A model generated the notes under the pieces. That model had not been told where the DNA came from. It was given only the letters and a program-made list of their open reading frames with translations, and did no database searches. 64,000 nucleotides of DNA from Bacteroidota bacterium (lineage in GTDB: Bacteria > Bacteroidota > Bacteroidia > Bacteroidales > GCA-2748055), in NCBI GenBank assembly GCA_039714775.1, contig JBDLIQ010000004.1, forward strand, positions 20 to 64,019, read 5' to 3'. Positions 36,212 to 45,633 of this stretch are shown here, one piece after another; position 1 is the stretch's first letter, and each line of letters starts with the position of its first letter. Both the position numbers and the translations under genes were made by a program.

Positions 36212-39200
36212 TTACAGAACAACTATCTTTTTGGTGTAGAGATCATTGTCAGCATATATCTTCAGGATGTAGAGACCCGACAGGAGTGAGGGACGGTTCA
36301 CAATAAAACGACCATTGGATTGACAGGCCTCTTCAACTATTGTGTTTCCGCTCATATCAAAAAGAGTGACGCGAGAACCTTCAGTCTGATCACCATTTAT
36401 CAAAACGTTAAAGACACCCCTGCTTGGATTTGGATATACTTTGAAAACAGGATCATCTGTTGGATTGATACCTACTTCCAGGTCCACTGTATTGTACATG
36501 TAACTGGAGGTCACAATGCCCCGGGCATCTTCTGCATAAGCATAATAATCAGCATTTTGGCTCACAACACTGGCAGGCAAAGAGGCCGTATACCTGTTTC
36601 CTGATTCAAGTGCTGCTGTGACCGGGATCCAGTTTCTGCTTTGCCAGTCATCCGCGGGAACACTGTAATAGAGTTTTACACTGGAGACAGATACACCCGC
36701 AGGCATATCCAGATCAATCTGAATAACCCCGGCACCTTCGTGATCACGAATTGCATCTGTGATGGCAACATGACCAAAGGGATTCCCAATCGATTTCAGA
36801 TGGTAGTCAAAGTAGTATGTCATCATCGAAAAACTGGATGGAACCATGGTGTGATTCAGGTTGGGTCCCCATGTGTGATTTTTCATCTCCGGAATTGCTT
36901 CCAGGGTGCCCATTACTGCTTCAGGCCAGAAGTATGTGTCGTTGGAGGCTGCTTCAAGAAAATAGGGCGCCGTGATATGGGGAGCACGCCTGCCGGCATC
37001 CAGATAGGTGGTCCAGGTGATTCTGTCAGTGGCAGACAGTCCCTCTACTATTGTTTTCCAGAAGGAACCTTTTTCGTAATAGCCACAGCCAAAGACTGCA
37101 TAGGCAGCTTTCACCCTCTCCTGAAGCAATCCGGATACCATGGTGGTGGAATAACCACCCCACGAAATCCCGGCAACGCCCATTCTGGAAGAGTCGACAT
37201 TGGGCTGGCTCCTGAGCAGATTGAACGCTTCCAGTGCCGCGACCTCTGCATCAACCAGTGTGCTGTTTCCGGCCCCGATCCCCACATCAAAACGGGGTGA
37301 CTCACCTGTGGGCCGGCTTTTCCATGGGCCGGTGGTATGGGGCGTATTGTCGACCCCGCAAATACCAGGCAGATCGCATGCAATGGCCACGTAACCAAGT
37401 GCAGCAAAATTCTTCACATAACCTGACATGGTCTCAGCATTTCCCCCTCCTCCATGCAGGAACAACATCCCGGGATATTTGCCTGCATCCTGTGGATATG
37501 CCATGATTGCATAGACCGTGTTGAGACTGTTTCTTGAACTGTATGTCAATAGTTTTGTGGTGATGGGGGTTGATCCGTGGACCGAATTGGTGGTGCTGAT
37601 CACCTCGCCTACCGAAGGGATGCTGTTAATGAATGGGACAAACGGATCTGCTGTAATAACCATCTCCACAACCTGCGTTGACGTGCCGGCCATGTTGGTT
37701 GCACTCACATCCACATGGTATGCTCCCACGGTGGTTGGCAGTCCGCTGATTACTCCGGTAACGGTATTGATGGTCAGACCATCAGGCAGGGTGCCTGCTG
37801 CATAGTAATCCGGATCTTTTGTTGCCGTAATGGCATAGGTAAAGGGTGCTCCCAGGGTTCCCATGGCGCTGGTGTCACTGGTAATAACCGGCTCTTCAGA
37901 TACAATTTCATAATAGTTTCCCAGCAACACCTGTTTAATCAGTTTTGGCCCCTCCCACAGCAGATGCAGGCTCGCCTCTCCATCGGTATGAACATACTCT
38001 ACCTTGATGTCATACATTTGATCTGCTGTAAGATCAATGGTTCCGCTAATTTCATCACGCGTATCGGTGCTTTTGTTAAGTACCTGGGTGTTATCTATCC
38101 ACACCCGGGCAACCTGATCACAGTCGGCATAAAAGGTGTAGGTTCCCGTTTTCTTAGGTAATACCTTTCCAAGCCACCGGACAGAGAAACCATCCTTTGG
38201 AACAGCTGCCGAAGCATCGGGAGAACCGGTACCGGGCTCATCTCCCAGGTCGAAATCTATCCGTGGTGTAATGGAACTTTTTAAAGAGCTTGCAAAATCA
38301 CCTGTGAAATACTCCACCTCAAACAGGGGAATGGTATCCAGATCAGGATTCATTTTTTTGGCCTCGGTCACCGACCAGGGATGGCCATCGGGATAGATAA
38401 ATCCATGAAATGGGACCGCCGGCTCATCTGCTTCTTGTGGGCTTTCCCAGTGGAAGCGGCCGTTGTTTCTGCCAATGGTCAGATCGCTGATAATAAATCC
38501 GGTTTGGTTGGCAGTAAAATAATCTACCATTTCAGAAAAATCCTGACCTGTGACAGGACTACCCGCTGTAGCACGATTCAGACATCCTGTATTCAGGTGT
38601 TCGGATCCTCCTCCTGCTCCCAAAGTATCTCCATACATATGGAATGTGTAGAAGTCGGAATATTTTCCGCCAAGAAACCGGCCGCTGGTAGAGGAGACCA
38701 GGGTGTTCGTTCCTGTCTCTTTGATCCATTGGTATGCTTCTGATGCGATTCTTTGCGCCGGGGCCAGGTGTTCCGGTTCGTTGATAGGGATCCAGAAAAG
38801 AACTCTCGGATCGTCTATATGGGCATTGACAACATCCTGAACATAGTTTTTTAACCTCACTCTATGGGCATCATAATCGTTGTCCCTGATGTTGTTTCCC
38901 GGACTTGTATTCATCTGGCTGTTGTGGACTCCGGGCACAGGAGGATCGTAGGGAGCAAGGTGGGGGGGATCAACAACGCCAGCGTCATCAAAAAGAACGG
39001 GGATTACTTGCATTCCGTATTGATCCGCCCTTTGCAGGAGATCCTCAAAGTTGGAAAGGAGTGCACTCTTCTCCTTTTCCCAGAGTAGCCAGTGCAGATT
39101 GACCTGCAGTGTGTTGAATCCATAAAATTTTGCATAGGAGAGTTCTCTTTCCACCACCCCGGGGTCGTACTCCTCCATCATCTGTGTTGCGTTGACACTG

Positions 39201-40333
39201 TTGGAGGTCACAAAAACGGCTCCTTTTACCCCGGACCAGTCCCTAACAACAGGCTCCTGCGGGGTAATGGGATGCACTGTGGTTACCTTCACATTGTCAA
39301 ATACTGCACCGCTCTCAGTGGCTTTCAACCCGATGTAGCCTGACGAATTGCCCAGGTCATACTCTGTAATAGCCGGAGTAACTGTATCATTCACAAAGAC
39401 CCATATATTAGATCCTTTGCAGACGATTTTCATCTGTTGAGGGCTCTCTTTTTCAACATCCAGGGTCATTTCGCTTGCCAGTTCAATACGCCCATGATCT
39501 ATCTTTTGTAACGCTACAAAAGCCCCCTCTGCACCGCTACGCAAAGAGGCGAAATAGCCTGAAAAATCATCTGCCGTTCCGGGAGAGGTTACCCTGAAAA
39601 CAACCCCTGCCTCTGATTCATCGGCAGTCAGGGTGACCTCGCTACTAAACTCAAAATCGGTATAGTCGCCAATGAAAATATTGCTGTTTGCTTCACCATG
39701 AAGGGCTCCGCCTGTTACAGACCATGTGCCTTCCGCCGTCCATCCGTTATAATCGCCGTCATGAAAGTCATCTTTGAAGAGTGTAGTGGCACCGATGGAG
39801 GAGACCATCTGTATATCATCAACCCTGGTGGTTACGCTGCCATTTTTAAAATGGTAGATCCTGAACCAGTCGATTGCATTCAAATCGGGCGTTCCCCCTG
39901 TGATCCTTGCATTGCCTATCTCCAGCTGGATCAGGTTCCACCCGTTCTTCAATCCGCTCAATGACCAGTTATACTCTTTGACATCGGGAGTGTTCCCGCT
40001 TCCAAGCTCCACCTGGTTATTGGCATCAAATCCTGAAACATCGGAGACAAAATACCAGAATTGCAGTATCCTGTTCTCCGGAGAGACAGAAACAGGATCC
40101 ATTCTTTTCCAGAACTCATCCGTTCCGTTGCCTGTGGACTGCAAACTGGCCGTCCCCTCCTTCTTGTCGGTTTGATCCAGGGTTATGGGATTTGCTCCAT
40201 GCCAGCCTTCCAGTATATCACAACGATCCAGTGATTGTGCGCTTAACGTGGGAAACAGGAGTGTTCCTGATATGAGCAGGGTTGTGAATGCGATTCGACG
40301 AAGAACCAACCAATGATCTCTATCTGTTTTCAT
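36212..40333 (-). CDS. Multidomain T9SS cargo: CBM-like, DUF1080/LamG-like, clan GH-A (GH5-like) TIM barrel, PA14, Ig-like, alpha/beta-hydrolase (esterase) and CTD
   Basis: The ORF-track start at 40366 is TTG. An ATG at 40333 gives MKTDRDHWLVLRRIAFTTLLISGTLLFPTLSAQS. Domain cues in order are LFKDDFHDGDYNGWTAEGTWSV (DUF1080-like), FWIPINEPEHL (clan GH-A acid/base NEP motif), GFSVRWLGKVLPKKTGTYTFYADCDQVARVWIDN (PA14), LPDGLTINTVTGVISGLP (Ig-like), LFLHGGGG...GVAGISWGGYS (GxSxG esterase) and VYPNPSRGVFNV...GLYILKI (CTD). Confidence 0.75.
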   Translation of the reverse strand: MKTDRDHWLVLRRIAFTTLLISGTLLFPTLSAQSLDRCDILEGWHGANPITLDQTDKKEGTASLQSTGNGTDEFWKRMDPVSVSPENRILQFWYFVSDVSGFDANNQVELGSGNTPDVKEYNWSLSGLKNGWNLIQLEIGNARITGGTPDLNAIDWFRIYHFKNGSVTTRVDDIQMVSSIGATTLFKDDFHDGDYNGWTAEGTWSVTGGALHGEANSNIFIGDYTDFEFSSEVTLTADESEAGVVFRVTSPGTADDFSGYFASLRSGAEGAFVALQKIDHGRIELASEMTLDVEKESPQQMKIVCKGSNIWVFVNDTVTPAITEYDLGNSSGYIGLKATESGAVFDNVKVTTVHPITPQEPVVRDWSGVKGAVFVTSNSVNATQMMEEYDPGVVERELSYAKFYGFNTLQVNLHWLLWEKEKSALLSNFEDLLQRADQYGMQVIPVLFDDAGVVDPPHLAPYDPPVPGVHNSQMNTSPGNNIRDNDYDAHRVRLKNYVQDVVNAHIDDPRVLFWIPINEPEHLAPAQRIASEAYQWIKETGTNTLVSSTSGRFLGGKYSDFYTFHMYGDTLGAGGGSEHLNTGCLNRATAGSPVTGQDFSEMVDYFTANQTGFIISDLTIGRNNGRFHWESPQEADEPAVPFHGFIYPDGHPWSVTEAKKMNPDLDTIPLFEVEYFTGDFASSLKSSITPRIDFDLGDEPGTGSPDASAAVPKDGFSVRWLGKVLPKKTGTYTFYADCDQVARVWIDNTQVLNKSTDTRDEISGTIDLTADQMYDIKVEYVHTDGEASLHLLWEGPKLIKQVLLGNYYEIVSEEPVITSDTSAMGTLGAPFTYAITATKDPDYYAAGTLPDGLTINTVTGVISGLPTTVGAYHVDVSATNMAGTSTQVVEMVITADPFVPFINSIPSVGEVISTTNSVHGSTPITTKLLTYSSRNSLNTVYAIMAYPQDAGKYPGMLFLHGGGGNAETMSGYVKNFAALGYVAIACDLPGICGVDNTPHTTGPWKSRPTGESPRFDVGIGAGNSTLVDAEVAALEAFNLLRSQPNVDSSRMGVAGISWGGYSTTMVSGLLQERVKAAYAVFGCGYYEKGSFWKTIVEGLSATDRITWTTYLDAGRRAPHITAPYFLEAASNDTYFWPEAVMGTLEAIPEMKNHTWGPNLNHTMVPSSFSMMTYYFDYHLKSIGNPFGHVAITDAIRDHEGAGVIQIDLDMPAGVSVSSVKLYYSVPADDWQSRNWIPVTAALESGNRYTASLPASVVSQNADYYAYAEDARGIVTSSYMYNTVDLEVGINPTDDPVFKVYPNPSRGVFNVLINGDQTEGSRVTLFDMSGNTIVEEACQSNGRFIVNRPSLLSGLYILKIYADNDLYTKKIVVL

Positions 40334-40363
40334 GATGATGATTGAAATATGTTCAATAAACCT

Positions 40364-40371
40364 CAAAAATA
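40364..40371 (-). promoter_or_regulatory. Candidate Bacteroidetes -7 promoter box for the 40333 operon
   Basis: The reverse strand reads TATTTTTG, an exact match to the TAnnTTTG -7 consensus of Bacteroidetes sigma-A promoters. It lies 31 nt upstream of the ATG at 40333 and just downstream of the hairpin at 40399-40436. No clear -33 TTTG was found. Confidence 0.35.
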
Positions 40372-40398
40372 GAATTCCAGGTTTAACGTTGCATTAAT

Positions 40399-40436
40399 AA
40401 ATGAATAAAAAGAGAGTGCCCCGAGAGACACCCTCT
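40399..40436 (-). terminator. Candidate intrinsic terminator after the 1221-aa gene
   Basis: The reverse strand reads AAGAGGGTG-tctctcgggg-CACTCTCTT. This is a 9-bp stem including one G.U pair, followed by TTTATTCATTTATT. It lies 74 nt downstream of the stop at 40510. Confidence 0.45.
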
Positions 40437-40509
40437 TCTAATTGCGTTGATGGGAACGGTTAATCCTAAAACTTGTTGTTCCCGAACGAACATATGTTTA
40501 ACTAAATGA

Positions 40510-43500
40510 TTACTCCTTCACAAAGCGTTTTGTCATGGAACCGGTTCCATCCACAACCTTCACCAGATAGATACCGGAATGCAAATCGCTAATATCGATT
40601 GGTGTAGTAGCATTGGAGATTGTATTCATACGATACTCCATCACCTGTACACCAGCCATATTATATATTGATAAATGCGAGATAGTCGCTTCAGCCTTTA
40701 CATAAAGTGTAGATTGAGCAGGATTAGGGTACATGCTGAATCCGGAAGCAGTAATACCATTCACCGATACCAATGTATTTACGGTAACTTCATTACTTGC
40801 ATCTGATTCATTGCCAGCCTCATCAACAGCTTTTACGGTGAATATATATGCTGTTCCAAGTGTTAAGCCTGTTACTGTTGTACCTGTTGTTGCAACAGTT
40901 TCAATTACAGTTCCATCCTGTATTACCTGGTAGCCTGTTACTCCAACATTATCAGTTGAAGCATCCCAGCTAAGATCGGTGCTTGTCTGCGTAGTATTCG
41001 CAGCTGCAAGGTTTGCAGGCGCTGTTGGTGCCTCTGTATCTACTACCTCTACAGTTACCACCCCATGGGACACCACATCATCCATGGATAACGGATAATT
41101 CCACAACCTGATCTGGCTCACATCTATAACGCCATCGTCGCCATCATTATCTCCCATTAGCAGTACCTCAGGTCGAAGGCCAAAACGGCTATCAATCTCC
41201 TGTACTGTCCCATCCAGAAGTTTTTCCATATCAAGATAGTAGGAATATTCGGTCCCGTTATCAACTACTACAACCAGGCGGTGCCACTTATCCGGAGTGA
41301 CTGCTGTGGTCGAATATCCTGTAGCTGCAACTCCTACAAATCCTGTAGTTGGACGCACAAAAGTCTCACCATCATCAGTGTTTGCCCCATCTGCCTGCAG
41401 GAAGGTCCGCCAGTTATCCATATTAGCCACCTTGAAATCGTACATAATGGAATAACTGTTTACATAAGCTTCTCCGGCTTTTGGCTGAATTCCGTGTGTC
41501 AGGCGATAATGATTCCCAGCTCCGATTCGGGTGGCTCCATTACCAGCTATCGGCCCTTCAACAGCTTCATCCGAACCCTCCAGAACCAGATCAGGACCAA
41601 CTGTTGCAAGGGTAAGGTTGGTTGCATCGTTAAATTGCCACCTGCCCACAAGGGTGTCTTTTTGTGCTGGTTCATTGATCCATAACAACTCTACATCATC
41701 AATTAATGTAGTCGTATTTGAAGAAATTACAGCCCCATCCGGAGTGCGGGCACGAAACCCAATAACAATATAACTTACATTTTCTGGTGCAGTTGGAAGT
41801 ACCCAGGAATGCTTTTCATATGTAGCAGATTGATCTAAAATCCATGATTCATCAGCTACATCAAGGAGTATGGCATTGTCTGCAGCGTAAAAAGTACAAT
41901 GCATACGAAGCATAAGTGCCGGACCAGTCACATTCATTGCAAATGCTTCATAAATGAACTCCATACCTGCGTTAATATCAATATGTTGATCAAATATTAC
42001 ATCAACTAAAGGTCCATGTGTAGTATGGGTATAGCTTCCTGCCCAGGTAAACTCAGCAGCACTGGAGCCACTATTCGCATTGGTAGAAAAAATGAGCGCA
42101 CTTTCTAAAGTAGCATCACCTGCTATAGTTGGAACGGCCCAATTCCCTCCATCATTAAACACCTCAACATTACGCCAGTCATCAAAATTGTCAGTCTCAA
42201 AGTCTCCATTCATTGTCTCCAGAAGATTTGTATAATCGGGAACTACCACTTTCACAGAAACGGTTGTTAGATTGGTCCCTCCATCATAAGCAACGATCAA
42301 TTCTCCGGAGCCTCCCTCTGCAATAATCTTCCCGGCAGCCGCGTAGGCGTTAATTGTGCCTGTATGGTCTCCGGTAAGCTGGATCTTACCACCTGAAATA
42401 TCAATCAGGCTACCATCTCCAATGGATTGTGCCGGATCAATATTGGCCATGTTAAGTACGCCGTCATTTACCAGAATGGTACCTGTACCACCATCCCAGC
42501 CAAGGCCGGTCATTTGTGCAACATTAATGGTACCCCCGTTCAATATTACCGTACCTTCGGCGCCTGCAAAATAGCCAATCCACATGTGTCCGCCGATATT
42601 GAAAGTTCCTCCTGTTTCAACAACCAGGGTCGCTGTGTTATTAAAGCCTATTCCTGACCAGTCAGCAACATCGGTTAAGGTTCCGCCATCGGTAATTCGC
42701 AGTGTCTCTCCAACCCCGTTGTCACCCATGACCAGTCGGTTGATTGAACTTTCCACATCCATCACACACTCCCGGGCATCTGCAACATTGAAGACCACTT
42801 TGTTACCATCAGGTACCCTGCTATCTGTCCAGTTTTCAGCTTCGCTCCATAATCCGGTGCCCTCAGGATTTGCTGCAGGATTCCAGACTGTTGTAGGCTG
42901 ACGGGGAGGCGGTGGTCCAAACAACTGTACATTATCAATTAAAGTAGTTGTATTTGCAACAATTGAATCTTTGCCCTCTGCATTACGCGGACGGAAACCT
43001 ATGAGTACAAAGTCTGTACCTTCCGGCACTGTTGGAACATTCCATGTATGCTCCTGGTAAGTATCAGATTGGTCTAAAACCCATGAAATATCAGCTGTAT
43101 CAAGCAGCATGGTCCAGTCATTTTTGAAGAAACTGGCACGCATCTGCATTACCATTGTCGGACCAGAGACATTCATGGCGGATGCTTTATAAATCAAATC
43201 CGTTCCGCCACTTACAACAACTGTTTGATCAAGTATTGCATCCAGATAAATGGTTCCATAGGGTGCGGCCCACATCACCTCGGCAGCACTGCTGCCGCTG
43301 GCTGCATTGGTTGAGATAGCAATCGTACCCACGGTTTCTGGTGCTGACATCTGACCAACAGTGATGGCACCATTATCGGAATAGACCTCTATGGCACGCC
43401 AGTTGTCAAAATTGGCATTCTCAAAGTCTCCGTTGATTGTCTTCAGAAGGTTTATATATTTATCGGGTCCCGCTGTAACTATCGTTAAACCAGCGTCATA

Positions 43501-44175
43501 ATTAACAAATAATTGTCCAGCACCTCCATAGGCGGTGATTTTCCCGGTAGCAGCATAGTCGTTAATTGTGCCTGTATGGTCTCCGGTGAGTTGAATCTTA
43601 CCACCGGTAATATCAATCAGGCTACCATCTCCAATGGATTGTGTGGGATGTATATTGGCCATATTAATCACCCCGCTTTGCAATTTAATGGTGCCTGTTC
43701 CACCATCCCAGCCAAGACCGGTCATTGATGCAACATTGATGGTACCACCGTTCAATACAACAGTACCTTCGGCTCCTGCAAAATAGCCGATCCACATGTG
43801 TTCAGCAAAATTTACAACTCCTCCTGCATCAACAACCATGATACCATTATGATTAAAACCGATTCCTGACCATCCAGCAGTGGTGGTTAAGGTTCCGCCA
43901 TCGGCAATCCGCAATGAATCTCCATGGTTACCATCTCCCATGAGGAGTTGTGTGATTGTCCGGGCATCATCCAAAATACATTCCGGGGCGGTTGGAACAT
44001 TGAATAGTGCCCTGAAGTCGCCATCAGGTATGCCGTCTGTCCAGTTGTCAGCTTCGCTCCATAGACCTGTGCTTGATGGATTTGCTTCAGGATTCCAGGT
44101 TGAAATGGTCATCTGAGCAAAAACAGAAGCAGAGAAGAACAGAATTAGCAATGAGAGTAGATTCTTGTTTTTCAT
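40510..44175 (-). CDS. Large T9SS cargo with internally duplicated (beta-helix-like + CBM-like) unit, LamG-like domain, FN3 and CTD; no obvious catalytic domain
   Basis: ATG start and signal peptide. The unit beginning WNP.ANP..TGLWSEA.NWTD ... HMWIGYFAGAEGTV.LNGGTINVA.MTGLGWDGGTGTI ... GDFE..NFD.WR..EV ... TTTLID.V.L occurs twice. FN3 reads PTAPANLAAANTTQTSTDLSWDASTDNVGVTGYQV. The CTD reads MYPNPAQSTLYV...GIYLVKV. Confidence 0.75.
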   Translation of the reverse strand: MKNKNLLSLLILFFSASVFAQMTISTWNPEANPSSTGLWSEADNWTDGIPDGDFRALFNVPTAPECILDDARTITQLLMGDGNHGDSLRIADGGTLTTTAGWSGIGFNHNGIMVVDAGGVVNFAEHMWIGYFAGAEGTVVLNGGTINVASMTGLGWDGGTGTIKLQSGVINMANIHPTQSIGDGSLIDITGGKIQLTGDHTGTINDYAATGKITAYGGAGQLFVNYDAGLTIVTAGPDKYINLLKTINGDFENANFDNWRAIEVYSDNGAITVGQMSAPETVGTIAISTNAASGSSAAEVMWAAPYGTIYLDAILDQTVVVSGGTDLIYKASAMNVSGPTMVMQMRASFFKNDWTMLLDTADISWVLDQSDTYQEHTWNVPTVPEGTDFVLIGFRPRNAEGKDSIVANTTTLIDNVQLFGPPPPRQPTTVWNPAANPEGTGLWSEAENWTDSRVPDGNKVVFNVADARECVMDVESSINRLVMGDNGVGETLRITDGGTLTDVADWSGIGFNNTATLVVETGGTFNIGGHMWIGYFAGAEGTVILNGGTINVAQMTGLGWDGGTGTILVNDGVLNMANIDPAQSIGDGSLIDISGGKIQLTGDHTGTINAYAAAGKIIAEGGSGELIVAYDGGTNLTTVSVKVVVPDYTNLLETMNGDFETDNFDDWRNVEVFNDGGNWAVPTIAGDATLESALIFSTNANSGSSAAEFTWAGSYTHTTHGPLVDVIFDQHIDINAGMEFIYEAFAMNVTGPALMLRMHCTFYAADNAILLDVADESWILDQSATYEKHSWVLPTAPENVSYIVIGFRARTPDGAVISSNTTTLIDDVELLWINEPAQKDTLVGRWQFNDATNLTLATVGPDLVLEGSDEAVEGPIAGNGATRIGAGNHYRLTHGIQPKAGEAYVNSYSIMYDFKVANMDNWRTFLQADGANTDDGETFVRPTTGFVGVAATGYSTTAVTPDKWHRLVVVVDNGTEYSYYLDMEKLLDGTVQEIDSRFGLRPEVLLMGDNDGDDGVIDVSQIRLWNYPLSMDDVVSHGVVTVEVVDTEAPTAPANLAAANTTQTSTDLSWDASTDNVGVTGYQVIQDGTVIETVATTGTTVTGLTLGTAYIFTVKAVDEAGNESDASNEVTVNTLVSVNGITASGFSMYPNPAQSTLYVKAEATISHLSIYNMAGVQVMEYRMNTISNATTPIDISDLHSGIYLVKVVDGTGSMTKRFVKE
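41680..44103 (-). repeat. Intragenic tandem duplication, two units of about 1.2 kb (about 42917-44103 and about 41680-42895)
   Basis: The protein repeat described above is matched at the nucleotide level. For example, 42351-42595 and 43561-43800 share long identical runs (gttaattgtgcctgtatggtctccggt..., atcaatcaggctaccatctccaatggattgtg..., ccatcccagccaag..., gcaaaatagcc.atccacatgtg). Confidence 0.85.
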
Positions 44176-44352
44176 AAAGTTGAGAATTGGTTAGTAATAT
44201 ATTTTGATTAGGGTAAATCTATTCTGAGACGTTTAATGGTTGATTAAATTAATATTAATGCATTGTCTCAATATGCGTTTTACTGATGATATGATGATGC
44301 ATTTGGTTATCAAGGCCATTTGATGTTCCTTGTCAAATGACTGGTACTCTGG

Positions 44353-45567
44353 CTATTGTTCAAATACCTCCTCATGTTTATCGATACAGCCATATGCCTG
44401 AATGATCGCCTCTTTATTTTCGACCGTCAACGGTTTTTCAGCAACATAATTCCTCATCCGGCATCCAAACAGTGAGATGGTACATTTTTCTGCTCCTTTT
44501 ACGGTCATAAAGTCATAAGAAACTCCATGGTTTGTAAGAGCTGCATTATCTCCCGAGAAGGCCTCCACATTGGATAGTGCCGTATGCCCTTTTCCCTCAA
44601 TGACGATGGGATGAATCTCCTCGATGGTCTCTCCTGTATTTGCAATGATGGATCCCTGGGCAATCTGCCAGTTCCGGTTTTTTGTGTTGTTGCCAAGCTT
44701 ATGGATACCGATGGTGACACAATCAAAATTGAAATTTGTAAGCTGACCGTATGACTCACCACCCAGGTAGATACCACCGTATGTCCCAAATGTAAAAACA
44801 TCGATTAATTGTGCGTTATCGGTATGCTCTATGGAATAGGCAAAGCTTTTTTTAGCAATGACTGCATCAATGATTGCTTTGGAGTGACCACCCGTAAATT
44901 CCCTCTGTATGGCAGGATTTACGTGACAATGCAATATCCTGGGAATATCATAACAGCGGTCGATGCGAATGAAGATTCCGCTCAGGGGATAGCCATAGCA
45001 GTGTTCAACGGTCAGGAGTTCACTGATGACGCCTCTGGGAGCAGCAAAGTCAATGGCCAGATACGATCCATAAAAAGTGAGGTTGTTTAATGTGACCCCC
45101 TGGGTATTTCTCTCTTCAGACAGCCTGATCGTTGCCGGATATTCAATGATTTTTGATGGGTCCCTTAGGGCCTGGTCGGAATACCAGAACTGGATTCCTT
45201 TGATCTGGGTCGCTGACTCAACGGTAATGAATACATTTTTTCTGTCCGTAATCTTAAATACACTGCCAACAGGCTGGGGCTTTGTGGGATGGCTGGTTCC
45301 ACGTGGTGTTGCAGCATTGGCACCAATTAATGAAACATTCTTCTTCAGGACTACGCCTCCTGCGATGTGATAGGCAGAATCACCAGGCTCCACATAAAGA
45401 ACCCCTCCTCTGGGCGACATGATATCAATGGCCCTCTGCAGGTTGATCCTGTTGACCTCGGCCGAATTGGAAGGATTAACTCCAAATTCCCGAATACTCT
45501 CTCCTCTGGCCATCCCTGCAAGGAATATGCTGATTACTAAAAAGAAACTTGTTTTTTTTATGCCCAT
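44353..45567 (-). CDS. Secreted right-handed beta-helix protein (pectate-lyase-superfamily-like N-terminus)
   Basis: ATG start and signal peptide. FGVNPSNSAEVNRINLQRAIDIMSPRGGVLYVEPG...VVLKKNVSLIG resembles the Pectate_lyase_3 start seen in GH55/GH28-like beta-helix enzymes. Confidence 0.4.
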   Translation of the reverse strand: MGIKKTSFFLVISIFLAGMARGESIREFGVNPSNSAEVNRINLQRAIDIMSPRGGVLYVEPGDSAYHIAGGVVLKKNVSLIGANAATPRGTSHPTKPQPVGSVFKITDRKNVFITVESATQIKGIQFWYSDQALRDPSKIIEYPATIRLSEERNTQGVTLNNLTFYGSYLAIDFAAPRGVISELLTVEHCYGYPLSGIFIRIDRCYDIPRILHCHVNPAIQREFTGGHSKAIIDAVIAKKSFAYSIEHTDNAQLIDVFTFGTYGGIYLGGESYGQLTNFNFDCVTIGIHKLGNNTKNRNWQIAQGSIIANTGETIEEIHPIVIEGKGHTALSNVEAFSGDNAALTNHGVSYDFMTVKGAEKCTISLFGCRMRNYVAEKPLTVENKEAIIQAYGCIDKHEEVFEQ

Positions 45568-45633
45568 TACCAGCGATTTAGTTTCACAATATTATTATAT
45601 CAGAATAAGCTTCATTTGCATTGTAAGCCGTGA

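Noticed and set aside
40334-40366. Upstream-extended starts in the ORF track at 40366 (TTG), 15341 (TTG), 23931 (TTG), 18845 (GTG), 11474 (GTG), 3588 (GTG) and 4588 (GTG).
   Set aside because: I checked the codons in the sequence and all are non-ATG. In each case a downstream ATG gives a proper signal peptide, matches the paralog start or removes an overlap with the upstream gene. The shorter coordinates were used.
44317-44339. Hairpin CATTTGA-N9-TCAAATG just downstream of the 404-aa gene stop, considered as a terminator.
   Set aside because: The stem is 7 bp and AT-rich, the loop is 9 nt, and no U-tract follows. It is too weak to call.
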